Assembly (NCBI GenBank): GCA_964247385.1
Contig: CAXTUB010000001.1
Location: forward strand, 174,224-198,223
Direction of reading: 5' to 3'
Source: an uncultured Steroidobacteraceae bacterium
Lineage (GTDB): Bacteria > Pseudomonadota > Gammaproteobacteria > Steroidobacterales > Steroidobacteraceae
DNA length: 24,000 bases
Both the position numbers and the translations under genes were made by a program. The stretch's first letter is position 1. Each line of letters begins with the position of its first letter. Positions 9,789 to 22,159 of this stretch are shown piece after piece. The notes beneath the pieces are model-generated. The model did no database searches. It saw only the letters and a list, made by a program, of their open reading frames with translations, and was not told the origin of the DNA.

Positions 9789-10361
9789 TTACGGCGTTGT
9801 CGCGCTTTCTCTAACGATTCGATCGCTCAAGTCGCCGAGCGCGTCGCTAAGCGCGGCCGGCACATCGCTCGCGGCGCATTCGCGCCCGTCGCGTTCGATC
9901 GTCGACACGTGCGATCGAGGCAGCATCCCCTCGCGCTGTTCCGTCCATCGTGCGTGCAGTCGCAAGCGGCAGTCCATCCCGATGTAAATCTCGTCGAGAT
10001 CGAGGTCCACCGTGATGGCGGATCGGGCAGGCTGAGATTCAGACATGTTAGCTTGATCGATATTGGCACGGGTGCGCGATTCCAGATTCGCGCGCATCAC
10101 ACGGCTGACCATGCCGCGGAGCGGTGCGGCCCAGGCATGTTGATCATCGATGTCCAACCAGTTGTCGTTGCGATAGCGCACGATCTGCAGACGATCGATC
10201 TCCACCGGAATCGAAACGCGTCCCAGCCGAACGATGCTCGGCGAGATAGGAGAGCTCGCAGGCCGTGCGCTCAGCGCATACTCGAGAGGCGGTCGAGTCG
10301 CGGCGCAAGCTGCGAGCAAGGCGCCAAGAAATATAGCGAGCACTGTGCAGCTTGGCCTCAT
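9789..10361 (-). CDS. pqiC: PqiC/YmbA-type outer-membrane lipoprotein of the Pqi MCE system
   Basis: 190 aa with a lipobox at the end of the signal peptide (LGALLAAC). The ATG overlaps the pqiB stop (ATGA). It is the third gene of the pqiA-pqiB-pqiC arrangement. Confidence 0.75.
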   Translation of the reverse strand: MRPSCTVLAIFLGALLAACAATRPPLEYALSARPASSPISPSIVRLGRVSIPVEIDRLQIVRYRNDNWLDIDDQHAWAAPLRGMVSRVMRANLESRTRANIDQANMSESQPARSAITVDLDLDEIYIGMDCRLRLHARWTEQREGMLPRSHVSTIERDGRECAASDVPAALSDALGDLSDRIVRESATTP

Positions 10362-11959
10362 TTCTCGGCTCCCCGACGCCCGCGCAGCAAAGACTCTGGG
10401 TGGCGCGACAAATAATCCGCCAACTCTCGCACCGAGCGCGAAGTTCGCGCGAGCTCTTGCAGCAGCTCGCTCACATCGCCGTTCGCATTGGCTCCGCTGA
10501 CGCTGCTTCGAAGGCCCGACAAGGCATCACGCGCGGTGTCGGCAGTTTCACGCATCGATTTCAGCAGTGACTGAAGCTCCGGCTCGGCAGTTTTCGTGAT
10601 GTGCTCGAGGTGCATGAGAGTGGCGTCCAGCGATTTGAGCGAGCGCCCCAGCTCGGGGCCTCCTGTCGCCTTGTTCAAATGTTCCAGGGTCGATTTGAGG
10701 TTCGCCAGAATCTCATCGAGGTCATTTCCGGCAGAGGTTGGAATTCGTAAAGAGCCATCCTCTTCGATGACCCGGCCTCGCGGGGTATCGGAATTCAGAT
10801 CGAGCGAGACCAGCTTGAGGCCGGTCAATAAATTGCTCGACATCACATGCGCATGCAGCCCGTCGGCCAGGAGTGATGACAACTTTTCGCGCGGCGATGC
10901 GCCGGCCGCCTCGAGATGCATAGATTGAAAAGCGTCCGGGTTGATCGCAAGAATGACGCGAGTGCTGAGTTTGCGTCGTCCGCGCTCGTACCTCAACTCC
11001 GACGAGCGTACTTCACCGATTTCGAAGCCATGGAGCTCAACCACGCTTTCGCTGCTGATGCCGCGCACATCACCCGCAAAATCCGCCACACACCACAGCA
11101 CCTCGACGCGGGGATCGACGGTGGCGCGGCGATGATTGGCATAGAGCGCGAAGCGCGCGCCTCGCGGGCTCATCGGCCCTGCGAGCGTCTCGGGCGGCGT
11201 GCTGAACTCGATGCCGCCCGAAAGCAACTGTTGCCATGAGTTCGCGCGCAGCCGCACGCCGCGCGAATCCACGGCGACATCGAACCCGCCCGCGTTCCAG
11301 AATCGCGTCTGCGGGTGGACCAAGCGATGGTACGGCGCGCGCACGAATGCCGTGACGTCGATGTGTGAGCCATCGGCAGACAAGGCGAACGCATCCACGT
11401 TGCCCACGGGCGTCCCGCGATATGAGATAGGCGCCCCGCGAGTCAAGGAACCGAGGTCATCGGCGACGAGGACGAAGCTTGCTCCTTCCGCTTCGGCGTG
11501 AAGCGCGGGTGGATCCTCGAGACCTTTGAAATGGCGCTGCGGCGTCTTGCCATTGCCCGGATCCATTTCGATGTAGGCACCCGAAACCAGCGTAGACAAA
11601 CCAGAAATGCCCTCCGGGCCCACGCGCGGCGAAACCACGTAGAAGCGGGTTTTTTCATTCAGCGCCGATTCGACTGCGCTTCCCATGCGCGCATGCACGA
11701 TTACGTTAGTCAGCTTGGAGCTCAACTGCAACGACTCAATGGTGCCCACGACCACGCCGCGATGTTGTATGGTCGATTGCTTCGCCCCGAGCCCTTTGCC
11801 GGATTCGAACGCGATGGTGATGGTGGGCCCGCGCTCGGTCAGCGAACGCCAAGCAAGCCAGGCAACGATGCCGCCGGCGACGATGGGCACCACCCAGACC
11901 CAGGTGACGGGACGGCGGCGGCGCAGCCGTGCTTGACGTTCGGCCGGGTCGTCGATCAT
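10358..11959 (-). CDS. pqiB: PqiB, multi-MCE-domain intermembrane transport protein
   Basis: The ATG at 11959 (MIDDPAERQ...) is followed by one TM helix (WVWVVPIVAGGIVAWLAW). Repeated MCE-like modules follow (e.g. GVVVGTIESL, GTPVGNVDAF, GFEIGEVRSS) and then a C-terminal helical region. The ATG overlaps the pqiA stop (ATGA). The track start at 12223 lies inside pqiA and is rejected. Confidence 0.85.
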   Translation of the reverse strand: MIDDPAERQARLRRRRPVTWVWVVPIVAGGIVAWLAWRSLTERGPTITIAFESGKGLGAKQSTIQHRGVVVGTIESLQLSSKLTNVIVHARMGSAVESALNEKTRFYVVSPRVGPEGISGLSTLVSGAYIEMDPGNGKTPQRHFKGLEDPPALHAEAEGASFVLVADDLGSLTRGAPISYRGTPVGNVDAFALSADGSHIDVTAFVRAPYHRLVHPQTRFWNAGGFDVAVDSRGVRLRANSWQQLLSGGIEFSTPPETLAGPMSPRGARFALYANHRRATVDPRVEVLWCVADFAGDVRGISSESVVELHGFEIGEVRSSELRYERGRRKLSTRVILAINPDAFQSMHLEAAGASPREKLSSLLADGLHAHVMSSNLLTGLKLVSLDLNSDTPRGRVIEEDGSLRIPTSAGNDLDEILANLKSTLEHLNKATGGPELGRSLKSLDATLMHLEHITKTAEPELQSLLKSMRETADTARDALSGLRSSVSGANANGDVSELLQELARTSRSVRELADYLSRHPESLLRGRRGAEK

Positions 11960-13251
11960 GCGCGCTTCGTCGCATCCCACATCAGGCGCGTATCGAACGT
12001 GCTGGTGGCGATCATGGTCAAGACCACCACGGCAGCGAAAGCCACCAATCCGTCCTTGGGCCGAAGCGTCGACAACGCGCCGAACTGCAACAGCGCGGCC
12101 AGAATCGACCCCATGAACACATCGATGTTCGACCAGCGACCAATGGCATCGACCAACCGGTACAACCGAGTGCGCACGAGCAGGCCGTACGCGGAGCGAG
12201 AGCGCGTCGCGAGCAGCATCCACGACAAACCGATGAGCTTCAGCATGGGCAGCACGACGCTCGCGGCAAACACCAGAATTGCAAGCGGCACGAGATCATT
12301 GTCGGCAAGCTCGAGCACGCCACTCATGATGGTCTTGTTTTGCTCGCCGCCGATTTGCGTAATGGAAAGCACCGGCAGCAGATTGGCGGGGACGTAAAGG
12401 AGGAAGCTCGCGATGACGAGCGCTGCGGTCACTTGCATCGATGAGGGCTTGCGAAAAGCGAGCCGCGCCGAGCAACGGGGGCATTTCGGATGAGCTGCTC
12501 GATCAACGACGAGATCGCACGTCATGCACGCTACCGGATCGGCCGGAATCGCCGCCATCGCCGGACCGCGCGGCGTGAGCGCTGACCAAACGACGCGCTC
12601 ATCGAACTGGGTCATTGCAAGAAGTCCCGCGAACGTCGCGACGATCAGACACCAGCCGCCCAGCCCGACCTGAACTTCGGCGATGACGCCCAAACGGCTG
12701 TAGGCAACGAAGCCGCCGACCAAGAACACGTCGAGCATGGCCCAAAGACGAAGATGCTTGACCCAGCGGAATACTTTGCCAAGCCCGGCGTGAGGATCCG
12801 TACGCAGCTCGAGCAGAGCGAACACGAACAGGCTCAAATAGGTAAAGGGCGCAAACACGCAAAATGCAGCAACCAATGCTCCGAGGGAAGGAAAGCCGCC
12901 CCGCCAATACGCTGAGACGTTCGACCACAAATACGCATGCCGCTCGATGCCGTACGACCACACCGAAATCACGGGCATCGCGGAGCCCGCGATCAGCATC
13001 AAGAGGGAAGTCATCGCGAGCGCAAGAGTCATCTCCACCGCGGGCTGACCGTGCCCTGCGAGAGTTCTGCCGCAGCGGCGGCAATCTGCGCCCTCACCCC
13101 GCCGCCTTGCCGGCAGCCATTGAATCATTCCGCAGTCTGGGCAGCCGACACGCTCGGCGCCAATGTGAGCGCGCTTGCTTCGACGTCTTTCGAGCCAGTC
13201 AGCCATTACCCGGTAAGCACGCTCGACCTCATGCGGCGCCGAGTCTATCAA
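11956..13251 (-). CDS. pqiA: PqiA-family integral membrane protein
   Basis: Two-fold structure. Each half starts with a CxxC...CxxC zinc-ribbon-like motif (CPDCG...CRRCG; CMTCD...CPRCS) followed by hydrophobic helices. The start is ambiguous: TTG 13251 (track) or ATG 13206 (MADWLERRR...). Confidence 0.85.
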   Translation of the reverse strand: MIDSAPHEVERAYRVMADWLERRRSKRAHIGAERVGCPDCGMIQWLPARRRGEGADCRRCGRTLAGHGQPAVEMTLALAMTSLLMLIAGSAMPVISVWSYGIERHAYLWSNVSAYWRGGFPSLGALVAAFCVFAPFTYLSLFVFALLELRTDPHAGLGKVFRWVKHLRLWAMLDVFLVGGFVAYSRLGVIAEVQVGLGGWCLIVATFAGLLAMTQFDERVVWSALTPRGPAMAAIPADPVACMTCDLVVDRAAHPKCPRCSARLAFRKPSSMQVTAALVIASFLLYVPANLLPVLSITQIGGEQNKTIMSGVLELADNDLVPLAILVFAASVVLPMLKLIGLSWMLLATRSRSAYGLLVRTRLYRLVDAIGRWSNIDVFMGSILAALLQFGALSTLRPKDGLVAFAAVVVLTMIATSTFDTRLMWDATKRA

Positions 13252-13358
13252 CCCGATTACTCGCCGATCAAATGCAGCGCTCTAAGATGGGTGTCTCGTG
13301 CCGCTCCCGCGAGGTGTCGTCAGAATCTTCGCCCTGCTACGCACATGCGGGTCTTTGC

Positions 13359-13787
13359 CTACGGTTGCAGGTGCATGGCGGATGCGCCGGTCGTGATGTC
13401 GACGGGAACTGAGACATGGTCGTGCACGACCAACCAACGGCCGTCGATCTTTTTTAATCCATTGGTGCCGCGCATCCACAGATGAAATGGCTTGCCTTTC
13501 ATTGTGCCGTTCAGCCCGATGAGTGCATGAACGATTGCGACCGTGTCCGATGCAATGATGCTGCTCTCGCGGACCTCGACGGAGACCGGCCCGTCGAATA
13601 GCTTGAGAAAACCGATCCAATCCTTGCGATACGCATCCCAACCGTTGAAGCGCAGCGGCGGCAGGATGTCGAACGCCACTGTCTGCGCACCCGGTGCATA
13701 AAAAGACATGATTCGCTCGACGTCCCCGCTCTCGAACGCTTCTTTCCAAGCCAGCCGCTGCTGTTGGACTTCATCATGGCTGTTCAT
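13359..13787 (-). CDS. SnoaL/NTF2-like (DUF4440-type) small protein
   Basis: 142 aa. The N-terminal helix (WKEAFESGDVERIMSFYAPGA) and C-terminal DGRWLVVHDHVSVP strand pattern are typical of the NTF2-like fold. AGGAG 7 nt upstream of the ATG. Confidence 0.6.
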   Translation of the reverse strand: MNSHDEVQQQRLAWKEAFESGDVERIMSFYAPGAQTVAFDILPPLRFNGWDAYRKDWIGFLKLFDGPVSVEVRESSIIASDTVAIVHALIGLNGTMKGKPFHLWMRGTNGLKKIDGRWLVVHDHVSVPVDITTGASAMHLQP

Positions 13788-13807
13788 GTCTTGCTCCTAG
13801 GTTTGAT

Positions 13808-13826
13808 TGAGCAGCACCGCTGCTCA
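13808..13826 (-). other. Perfect 8-bp hairpin between tRNA-Pro and the SnoaL-like gene
   Basis: TGAGCAGC-acc-GCTGCTCA, 20 nt upstream of the SnoaL-like ATG. No U-tract follows on the minus strand, so it is not a classical terminator. Confidence 0.3.
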
Positions 13827-13886
13827 GCAGGAAAGCGAGATTGCGTTCGACACCGATGCACGAAAAAAATGGTGCGCGGGAAATGT

Positions 13887-13963
13887 TGGTCGGGGCGACA
13901 AGATTCGAACTTGCGACCCCTTGCACCCCATGCAAGTGCGCTACCAGGCTGCGCCACGCCCCG
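13887..13963 (-). tRNA. tRNA-Pro (anticodon GGG), CCA encoded
   Basis: Manual cloverleaf on the minus strand: acceptor CGGGGCG/CGCCCCG, D arm GCGC-AGCCTGGTA-GCGC, anticodon arm CTTGC-AT GGG GT-GCAAG, variable GGGTC, T arm GCAAG-TTCGAAT-CTTGT, then A-CCA. 77 nt. Confidence 0.95.
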
Positions 13964-14002
13964 ACCGTAGTCGGCGATGATAGCGGAAAGCGCCGCGTTC
14001 GC

Positions 14003-14041
14003 GGCGTCGAAGTCTTGCTCGGGGAAAGGCGTCGAAGTCTT
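14003..14041. repeat. 14-bp direct repeat GGCGTCGAAGTCTT x2 (25-bp period)
   Basis: Identical copies at 14003-14016 and 14028-14041, in the merR-like/tRNA-Pro intergenic region. Confidence 0.8.
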
Positions 14042-14062
14042 TTCGGTGTAAAGACGCCGACG
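14030..14062 (-). terminator. Candidate weak intrinsic terminator after the merR-like gene
   Basis: Stem CGTCG/CGACG plus GTCTTT/AAAGAC, with a 2x2 internal loop and a 7-nt loop. On the minus strand it is followed by CCUUUCCCC, a poor U-tract. A second GC hairpin CGCCGC-gttc-GCGGCG lies at 13991-14006 and is followed by CUUUCC. Confidence 0.3.
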
Positions 14063-14090
14063 TCACTCGATGCTAGTTTCTGCCGGCGCC

Positions 14091-14447
14091 TCAGCGCCGC
14101 AGCACCTTGAGAAGCTCCTCGAGCTCGACACGCATCTGATGGATGAGTTGCTGGCTTTGATTCAAATCCACTTGCGCGTCATCGCCGGCGAGCCGATTTC
14201 GCGCGCCGCCAATGGTGAACCCTTGCTCGTACAAGAGGCTGCGAATTTGGCGAATGATGAGCACATCTTGCCGTTGATAGTAGCGCCGGTTGCCGCGGCG
14301 CTTGACGGGCTTCAACTGTGGGAATTCCTGTTCCCAATAACGCAATACGTGCGGCTTCACACCGCATAAGTCGCTCACTTCGCCAATGGTGAAGTAGCGC
14401 TTGCCGGGTATGGCCGGCAGCTCGTTATTGTTGCTTGGTTCCAGCAT
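14091..14447 (-). CDS. MerR-family transcriptional regulator (conserved ihfA-downstream gene)
   Basis: 118 aa with a MerR HTH ([25 protein letters not shown]...RRYYQRQDV). Overlaps the ihfA 3' end by 23 nt. Confidence 0.85.
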   Translation of the reverse strand: MLEPSNNNELPAIPGKRYFTIGEVSDLCGVKPHVLRYWEQEFPQLKPVKRRGNRRYYQRQDVLIIRQIRSLLYEQGFTIGGARNRLAGDDAQVDLNQSQQLIHQMRVELEELLKVLRR

Positions 14448-14730
14448 ACGCTTCGACGCGTGCTTTCAACTTTTGGCCCGGACGAAAGGTCACGACACGC
14501 CGCGCGCTGATTGGAATTTCCTGACCCGTTTTGGGGTTGCGCCCGGGACGCCGATTCTTATCGCGCAAATCGAAATTTCCGAAGCCAGATAATTTGACCT
14601 GCTCGCCAGAGGAAAGGGCCGCGCGAATTTCTTCGAAGAACATGTCGACGAGCTCGCGAGCTTCGCGCTTATTGAGGCCCAACTGATCGAACAGTGCTTC
14701 GGCCATCTCGGCTTTCGTCAATGCGGTCAT
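14425..14730 (-). CDS. ihfA: Integration host factor alpha subunit
   Basis: 101 aa: [11 protein letters not shown]...[45 protein letters not shown]. Directly downstream of pheT. Confidence 0.96.
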   Translation of the reverse strand: MTALTKAEMAEALFDQLGLNKREARELVDMFFEEIRAALSSGEQVKLSGFGNFDLRDKNRRPGRNPKTGQEIPISARRVVTFRPGQKLKARVEAYAGTKQQ

Positions 14731-14736
14731 GCGTTC

Positions 14737-18559
<3,823 letters not shown>

Positions 18560-18572
18560 GACATTCTCTCCT

Positions 18573-18767
18573 TTAGGTTCCGGGCAACATCTGCTTCACA
18601 CGGTTGAAATCCGTGTCGTGCACCTGCGATTCGCGCCGCAACTGGCGCTTTCGTTTGCTCGGCTTTTTCGTGAGTATGTGACGGCGGTGCGATTGCCCGC
18701 GCTTGAAGCCATTGGCCGTTTTGGTGAAGCGCTTGGCCGCTGCGCGCTTGGTTTTCAATTTGGGCAT
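18573..18767 (-). CDS. rpmI: 50S ribosomal protein L35
   Basis: [35 protein letters not shown]..., 64 aa. Confidence 0.95.
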   Translation of the reverse strand: MPKLKTKRAAAKRFTKTANGFKRGQSHRRHILTKKPSKRKRQLRRESQVHDTDFNRVKQMLPGT

Positions 18768-18864
18768 ACCCTACTCTCTATTCCATTGTTGAGCCTGTTC
18801 GCGCGCGCGACGCTTGAGCGCTGCGCATGCTCGAGGCGAGGAGCGACCCTTGCAGGGAACGCCG

Positions 18865-19383
18865 CTACTTTTTCTTGGGCCCGAACACCATGACCATCTG
18901 CTTGCCCTCCATCAGAGGGTTTTGCTCCACCGAAGAATGGGGGCCCAAATCTTCGGCTATCCGAGCGAGCAACCGCCGCCCGATGTCCTGGTGCACGAGC
19001 TCTCGGCCGCGGAAACGTAAAGTCACCTTGGCCTTATCGCCCTCGGAAAGAAAACGGATCAGATTACGCAGCTTGACCTGGTAATCCGCCTCTTCCGTTC
19101 CGGGCCGAAACTTCACTTCCTTGACTTGAATCTGCTTCTGCTTGCGCTTCGCCGCATGCGCCTTCTTGCTCTGCTCGAACAAGAACTTTCCAAAATCCAT
19201 GACCCGAACCACAGGTGGATCGGCCATCGGCGAGACTTCAACTAAATCCAATTGCTGCGAGGAGGCCATCTCCAGCGCCGACGCGCGCGTCATGACACCC
19301 GCTTGACTCCCGTCGGCCGCGATGACCCGCACTTGGGGTGCCGCGATTTCTTCGTTGCGCTTTACTCGCTTCGACGTTGCGAT
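18865..19383 (-). CDS. infC: Translation initiation factor IF-3, with an inferred non-canonical AUC start
   Basis: The track ORF starts at an internal Met (19332). The conserved N-terminal region (..[18 protein letters not shown]..) continues upstream in frame. In-frame ATC at 19383..19381 is preceded by GGAGG (19395..19391) with a 7-nt spacer, giving (M)[12 protein letters not shown]. There is no in-frame ATG/GTG/TTG between this ATC and the internal GTG at 19335 (the V of PQVRV, already inside the conserved region); the in-frame codons I read further upstream (to 19410) contain no start or stop. Confidence 0.85.
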   Translation of the reverse strand: MATSKRVKRNEEIAAPQVRVIAADGSQAGVMTRASALEMASSQQLDLVEVSPMADPPVVRVMDFGKFLFEQSKKAHAAKRKQKQIQVKEVKFRPGTEEADYQVKLRNLIRFLSEGDKAKVTLRFRGRELVHQDIGRRLLARIAEDLGPHSSVEQNPLMEGKQMVMVFGPKKK

Positions 19384-21314
19384 AAACGATCCTCCAAAAC
19401 AAAACGGCCGCGGCTCGTATTCTCTTTGGCTAGATCGGACGCAAGCTCTTGCAGCTGGATGCTCCCTAAGTCTTTGCCACTACGTGCTCGCACGGCCAAG
19501 GTGCGCCCCTCCACTTCCCGATCGCCTGCGACTAGTAGGTAAGGAACGCGCTTCAGCGTGTGCTCGCGAATCTTAAAGCCAACCTTCTCGTTCCTCAAGT
19601 CCGTTTCCACGCGAAGCCCATGATTTTTCAAGTCTTCCGCCGCTTCGGCGCAGAAAGATTCTTGCCGCTCGGTGATGGCGACGACGACCGCCTGGACCGG
19701 CGCGAGCCACAGCGGCAACCGGCCGGCATGATGCTCGAGCAAGATCCCGATGAAGCGCTCGAGCGATCCAAACATGGCTCGGTGCAACATGACCGGCGCA
19801 TGCTTTTGGCTGTCATCGCCGATGTAGTGCGCGCCGCGGCGCGCGGGAAGGTTCAAATCGACCTGAAGCGTCCCGCATTGCCAGTCACGGCCGATGGCAT
19901 CACGTAGCACGAACTCGAGCTTGGGGCCGTAAAACGCGCCCTCGCCCGGGTTCAATGTCGTCTCGATACCGGCGGCGGCTGCGGCCGCTCTCAGCGCTGC
20001 TTCGGCCGTGTCCCAAATTTCATCCGACCCGACGCGCTTGACCGGACGATCGGAGAACTTAATCCGGACATCGCTGAAGCCGAAGTCGCGGTAAATCGAC
20101 AAAATGAGCTCGGTGACCGCGACGCATTCTGCGGTGATCTGCTCTGCAGTGCAGAAGATATGCGCGTCGTCCTGCGTGAATGCACGCACGCGCATCAGGC
20201 CGTGGAGCGCTCCAGAGGGCTCGTAGCGATGCACCTTGCCGAATTCGGACAGCCGCAGCGGAAGCTCGCGGTAGCTTCGCAAGCCCTGCTTGAAAACCTC
20301 GACATGACCGGGGCAGTTCATGGGCTTGAGCGCGAATACACGCTCGTCCGGTGTTTGCGTCATGTACATGTTTTCGCCGAACTTTTCGATGTGGCCCGAC
20401 TGGACCCACAGCTCACGATCGAGAATTTCGGGCGTATTGATTTCGTGATAGCCCGCAGCGTCCTGTTTCTCGCGCATGTATGCGATAAGCGATTGAAACA
20501 AGCTCCAGCCTTTCGGATGCCAGAACACGGCGCCCGGCGATGCCTCCTCGAGGTGAAATAAGTCGAGCTCGCGCCCGATGCGCCGATGGTCGCGCTTCTC
20601 CGCCTCCTCGAGCCGCTGTAGGTATTCGGCAAGCTGCCTTTCATTCGCCCACGCCGTGCCATAGATTCGCTGCAACATCTCGTTGCGAGAGTCGCCGCGC
20701 CAATAGGCACCCGCGACCTTCATGAGCTTGAACGCCCTGAGCTTTCCCGTGCTCGGCACGTGCGGTCCGCGACAGAGGTCCTCCCAATCGCCTTGGCCAT
20801 ACAGGCTGATGCTTTCAGCAGCCGGAATGGCGGAAATGATTTCCGCTTTGTAGCGCTCGCCGATGCTCTTGAAATGCTCCACTGCGGCATCACGCGGCAG
20901 CACGCGGCGCCGCACCGGCAAATCCCGCGCGACGATTTCACGCATGCGCTCCTCGATCGCCGCGAGATCTTCAACGGTGAAGGGCCGCTTGTAAGCGAAG
21001 TCATAATAGAAGCCATCTTCGATGACCGGCCCGATGGTCACTTGTGCGTCGGGATACAGCTCCTGCACCGCATGCGCGAGCAAATGAGCGGTGGAGTGTC
21101 GCAGCACATCGAGCCCTTGTGGATCGCGGTCTGTGATGATGCGCAGCGGCACGCCGCGATCGATGAGATGCGAAGTGTCGACCAAATTGCCGTTGATTTC
21201 TCCGGCGAGCGCCGCCTTGGCGAGTCCAGCGCCAATACGCGCGGCCACTTGAGCGACCGTTACGGGAGAATCAAATACAAGCTGCTTCGAATCGGGAAGA
21301 GTGATCGTGGGCAT
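19362..21314 (-). CDS. thrS: Threonine--tRNA ligase
   Basis: Starts [11 protein letters not shown] (E. coli has MPVITLPD) at ATG 21314. 650 aa with TGS, editing ([10 protein letters not shown]), class II core (FTQDDAHIF) and anticodon-binding regions. The track start at 21914 is an out-of-frame run through the upstream gene and is rejected. Confidence 0.96.
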   Translation of the reverse strand: MPTITLPDSKQLVFDSPVTVAQVAARIGAGLAKAALAGEINGNLVDTSHLIDRGVPLRIITDRDPQGLDVLRHSTAHLLAHAVQELYPDAQVTIGPVIEDGFYYDFAYKRPFTVEDLAAIEERMREIVARDLPVRRRVLPRDAAVEHFKSIGERYKAEIISAIPAAESISLYGQGDWEDLCRGPHVPSTGKLRAFKLMKVAGAYWRGDSRNEMLQRIYGTAWANERQLAEYLQRLEEAEKRDHRRIGRELDLFHLEEASPGAVFWHPKGWSLFQSLIAYMREKQDAAGYHEINTPEILDRELWVQSGHIEKFGENMYMTQTPDERVFALKPMNCPGHVEVFKQGLRSYRELPLRLSEFGKVHRYEPSGALHGLMRVRAFTQDDAHIFCTAEQITAECVAVTELILSIYRDFGFSDVRIKFSDRPVKRVGSDEIWDTAEAALRAAAAAAGIETTLNPGEGAFYGPKLEFVLRDAIGRDWQCGTLQVDLNLPARRGAHYIGDDSQKHAPVMLHRAMFGSLERFIGILLEHHAGRLPLWLAPVQAVVVAITERQESFCAEAAEDLKNHGLRVETDLRNEKVGFKIREHTLKRVPYLLVAGDREVEGRTLAVRARSGKDLGSIQLQELASDLAKENTSRGRFVLEDRLSQRRSE

Positions 21315-21328
21315 GAGCGGCGCGCATT

Positions 21329-22159
21329 TTATAACGCGCGATACCAGAATTGCGCGCGGGTCGCGGCGGCCTCGACGCCTTCGATCTCGGCAGCTCGCAA
21401 AGATGATCGGGCTTGCTGCGGAGAAGGCGCCAGATCGCGGCGGCCGTCGATGTCGTGTGGAGAGGTCTCGTTGGCGAGGATCTCGCTCACCTCCAGGCGC
21501 TCGGCATGGCGCGCGCCGAGTACTCGTCGATAGACGTCGAAGTAGAGATCCGGCGAATAGGCCGGTGCGGTGCCGCCCTGAACCGCATCGGGGCACACGC
21601 CGAGCTCGAGCGCCGCCTGCACGATGTCGCTCCATAGTGCATCCACCACGCTCGGCATGGCATTGGCCCCATCGTAGGTGTGTCGGGGCTGCACGCTCTC
21701 GGCGCGGCGTGCCGCTTCGATGGCTCGACGTACCTGCACCGATGGCGTGACCACCCAAAATTGCGCCCGCGGCGAGCGCAACAGCGTCTCGAGCTCGTTC
21801 GGCGCAGGGTGTGCGAATTCGATGAAGCGGCCACCGATGAGTGGGGCTTCGATCAACAGCACATCTGACGCGGAACGCGCAGCCCTCCACTTGCTCACCG
21901 CATCGAGTGCCCAAAGGCCCGCCGCGCGGCGGATCATGATGTGGGTCGAGCCATCGATCTCCGGGTATGCAGCCAGGATGGCGGGCTCATCGAAAGGACG
22001 CCGCGCCACGTCCCACTGCAACATCGACGCTTGACGCCCGGCACGCCGACATGATGCGAATAACTCGCGCATGAACAAACTCTTGCCCGTCCCCGGAATG
22101 CCGCAGACGAATACGAGCTCGGCGCTGAGCGCCATTTGAATCGCTTGAGCTGAATCCAT
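21329..22159 (-). CDS. Uncharacterised P-loop NTPase/kinase-like protein
   Basis: Walker [13 protein letters not shown] near the N-terminus and a possible Walker B DVLLIEAP. Protein-like composition, unlike the Arg-rich overlapping frames. First ATG at 22159 or alternative ATG at 22135. The track start at 22324 reads through tRNA-Val and is rejected. Confidence 0.7.
   Translation of the reverse strand: MDSAQAIQMALSAELVFVCGIPGTGKSLFMRELFASCRRAGRQASMLQWDVARRPFDEPAILAAYPEIDGSTHIMIRRAAGLWALDAVSKWRAARSASDVLLIEAPLIGGRFIEFAHPAPNELETLLRSPRAQFWVVTPSVQVRRAIEAARRAESVQPRHTYDGANAMPSVVDALWSDIVQAALELGVCPDAVQGGTAPAYSPDLYFDVYRRVLGARHAERLEVSEILANETSPHDIDGRRDLAPSPQQARSSLRAAEIEGVEAAATRAQFWYRAL

Noticed and set aside
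11960-12223. Upstream extension of pqiB, and likewise the pheT extension at 17107-17340
   Set aside because: Both extensions run through the preceding gene out of frame. The conserved N-termini (MIDDPAERQ.. plus TM helix; [11 protein letters not shown]..) start at ATGs that overlap the upstream stop codons.
11498-12397. 299-aa + strand ORF (also 11929-12444)
   Set aside because: It is antisense to pqiB/pqiA and looks like a shadow ORF by composition.
9789-13251. pqiABC as a candidate novel system
   Set aside because: Its gene order, overlaps, lipobox and MCE repeats match the established PqiABC envelope lipid-transport system.
13252-13963. Genomic island or integration event at tRNA-Pro (and at tRNA-Val, 21315-22233)
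   Set aside because: There is no integrase or recombinase. I spotted no duplicated tRNA 3'-end segment by eye, and composition and codon bias look like the neighbours. A computational search for att-like direct repeats was not possible here.
13841-14110. 89-aa + strand ORF
   Set aside because: It spans tRNA-Pro on the opposite strand and the structured spacer. There is no RBS and no coding signal.
21315-21345. Small GC hairpin (GCGCG...CGCGC) around the P-loop stop codon, considered as a thrS operator
   Set aside because: It has only 5 bp and a 10-nt A/U loop, with no anticodon-like CGU/UGU loop as in the E. coli thrS operator. This is too weak to call.
20760-21533. 257-aa + strand ORF (also 21301-21750 and 21678-22034)
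   Set aside because: They are antisense to thrS and the P-loop gene. These are shadow ORFs.
21315-21914. 200-codon upstream extension of the thrS ORF
   Set aside because: ThrRS starts at MPTITLPD (21314), as in E. coli. The extension is Arg/Pro-rich and overlaps the Walker-A-containing P-loop frame.
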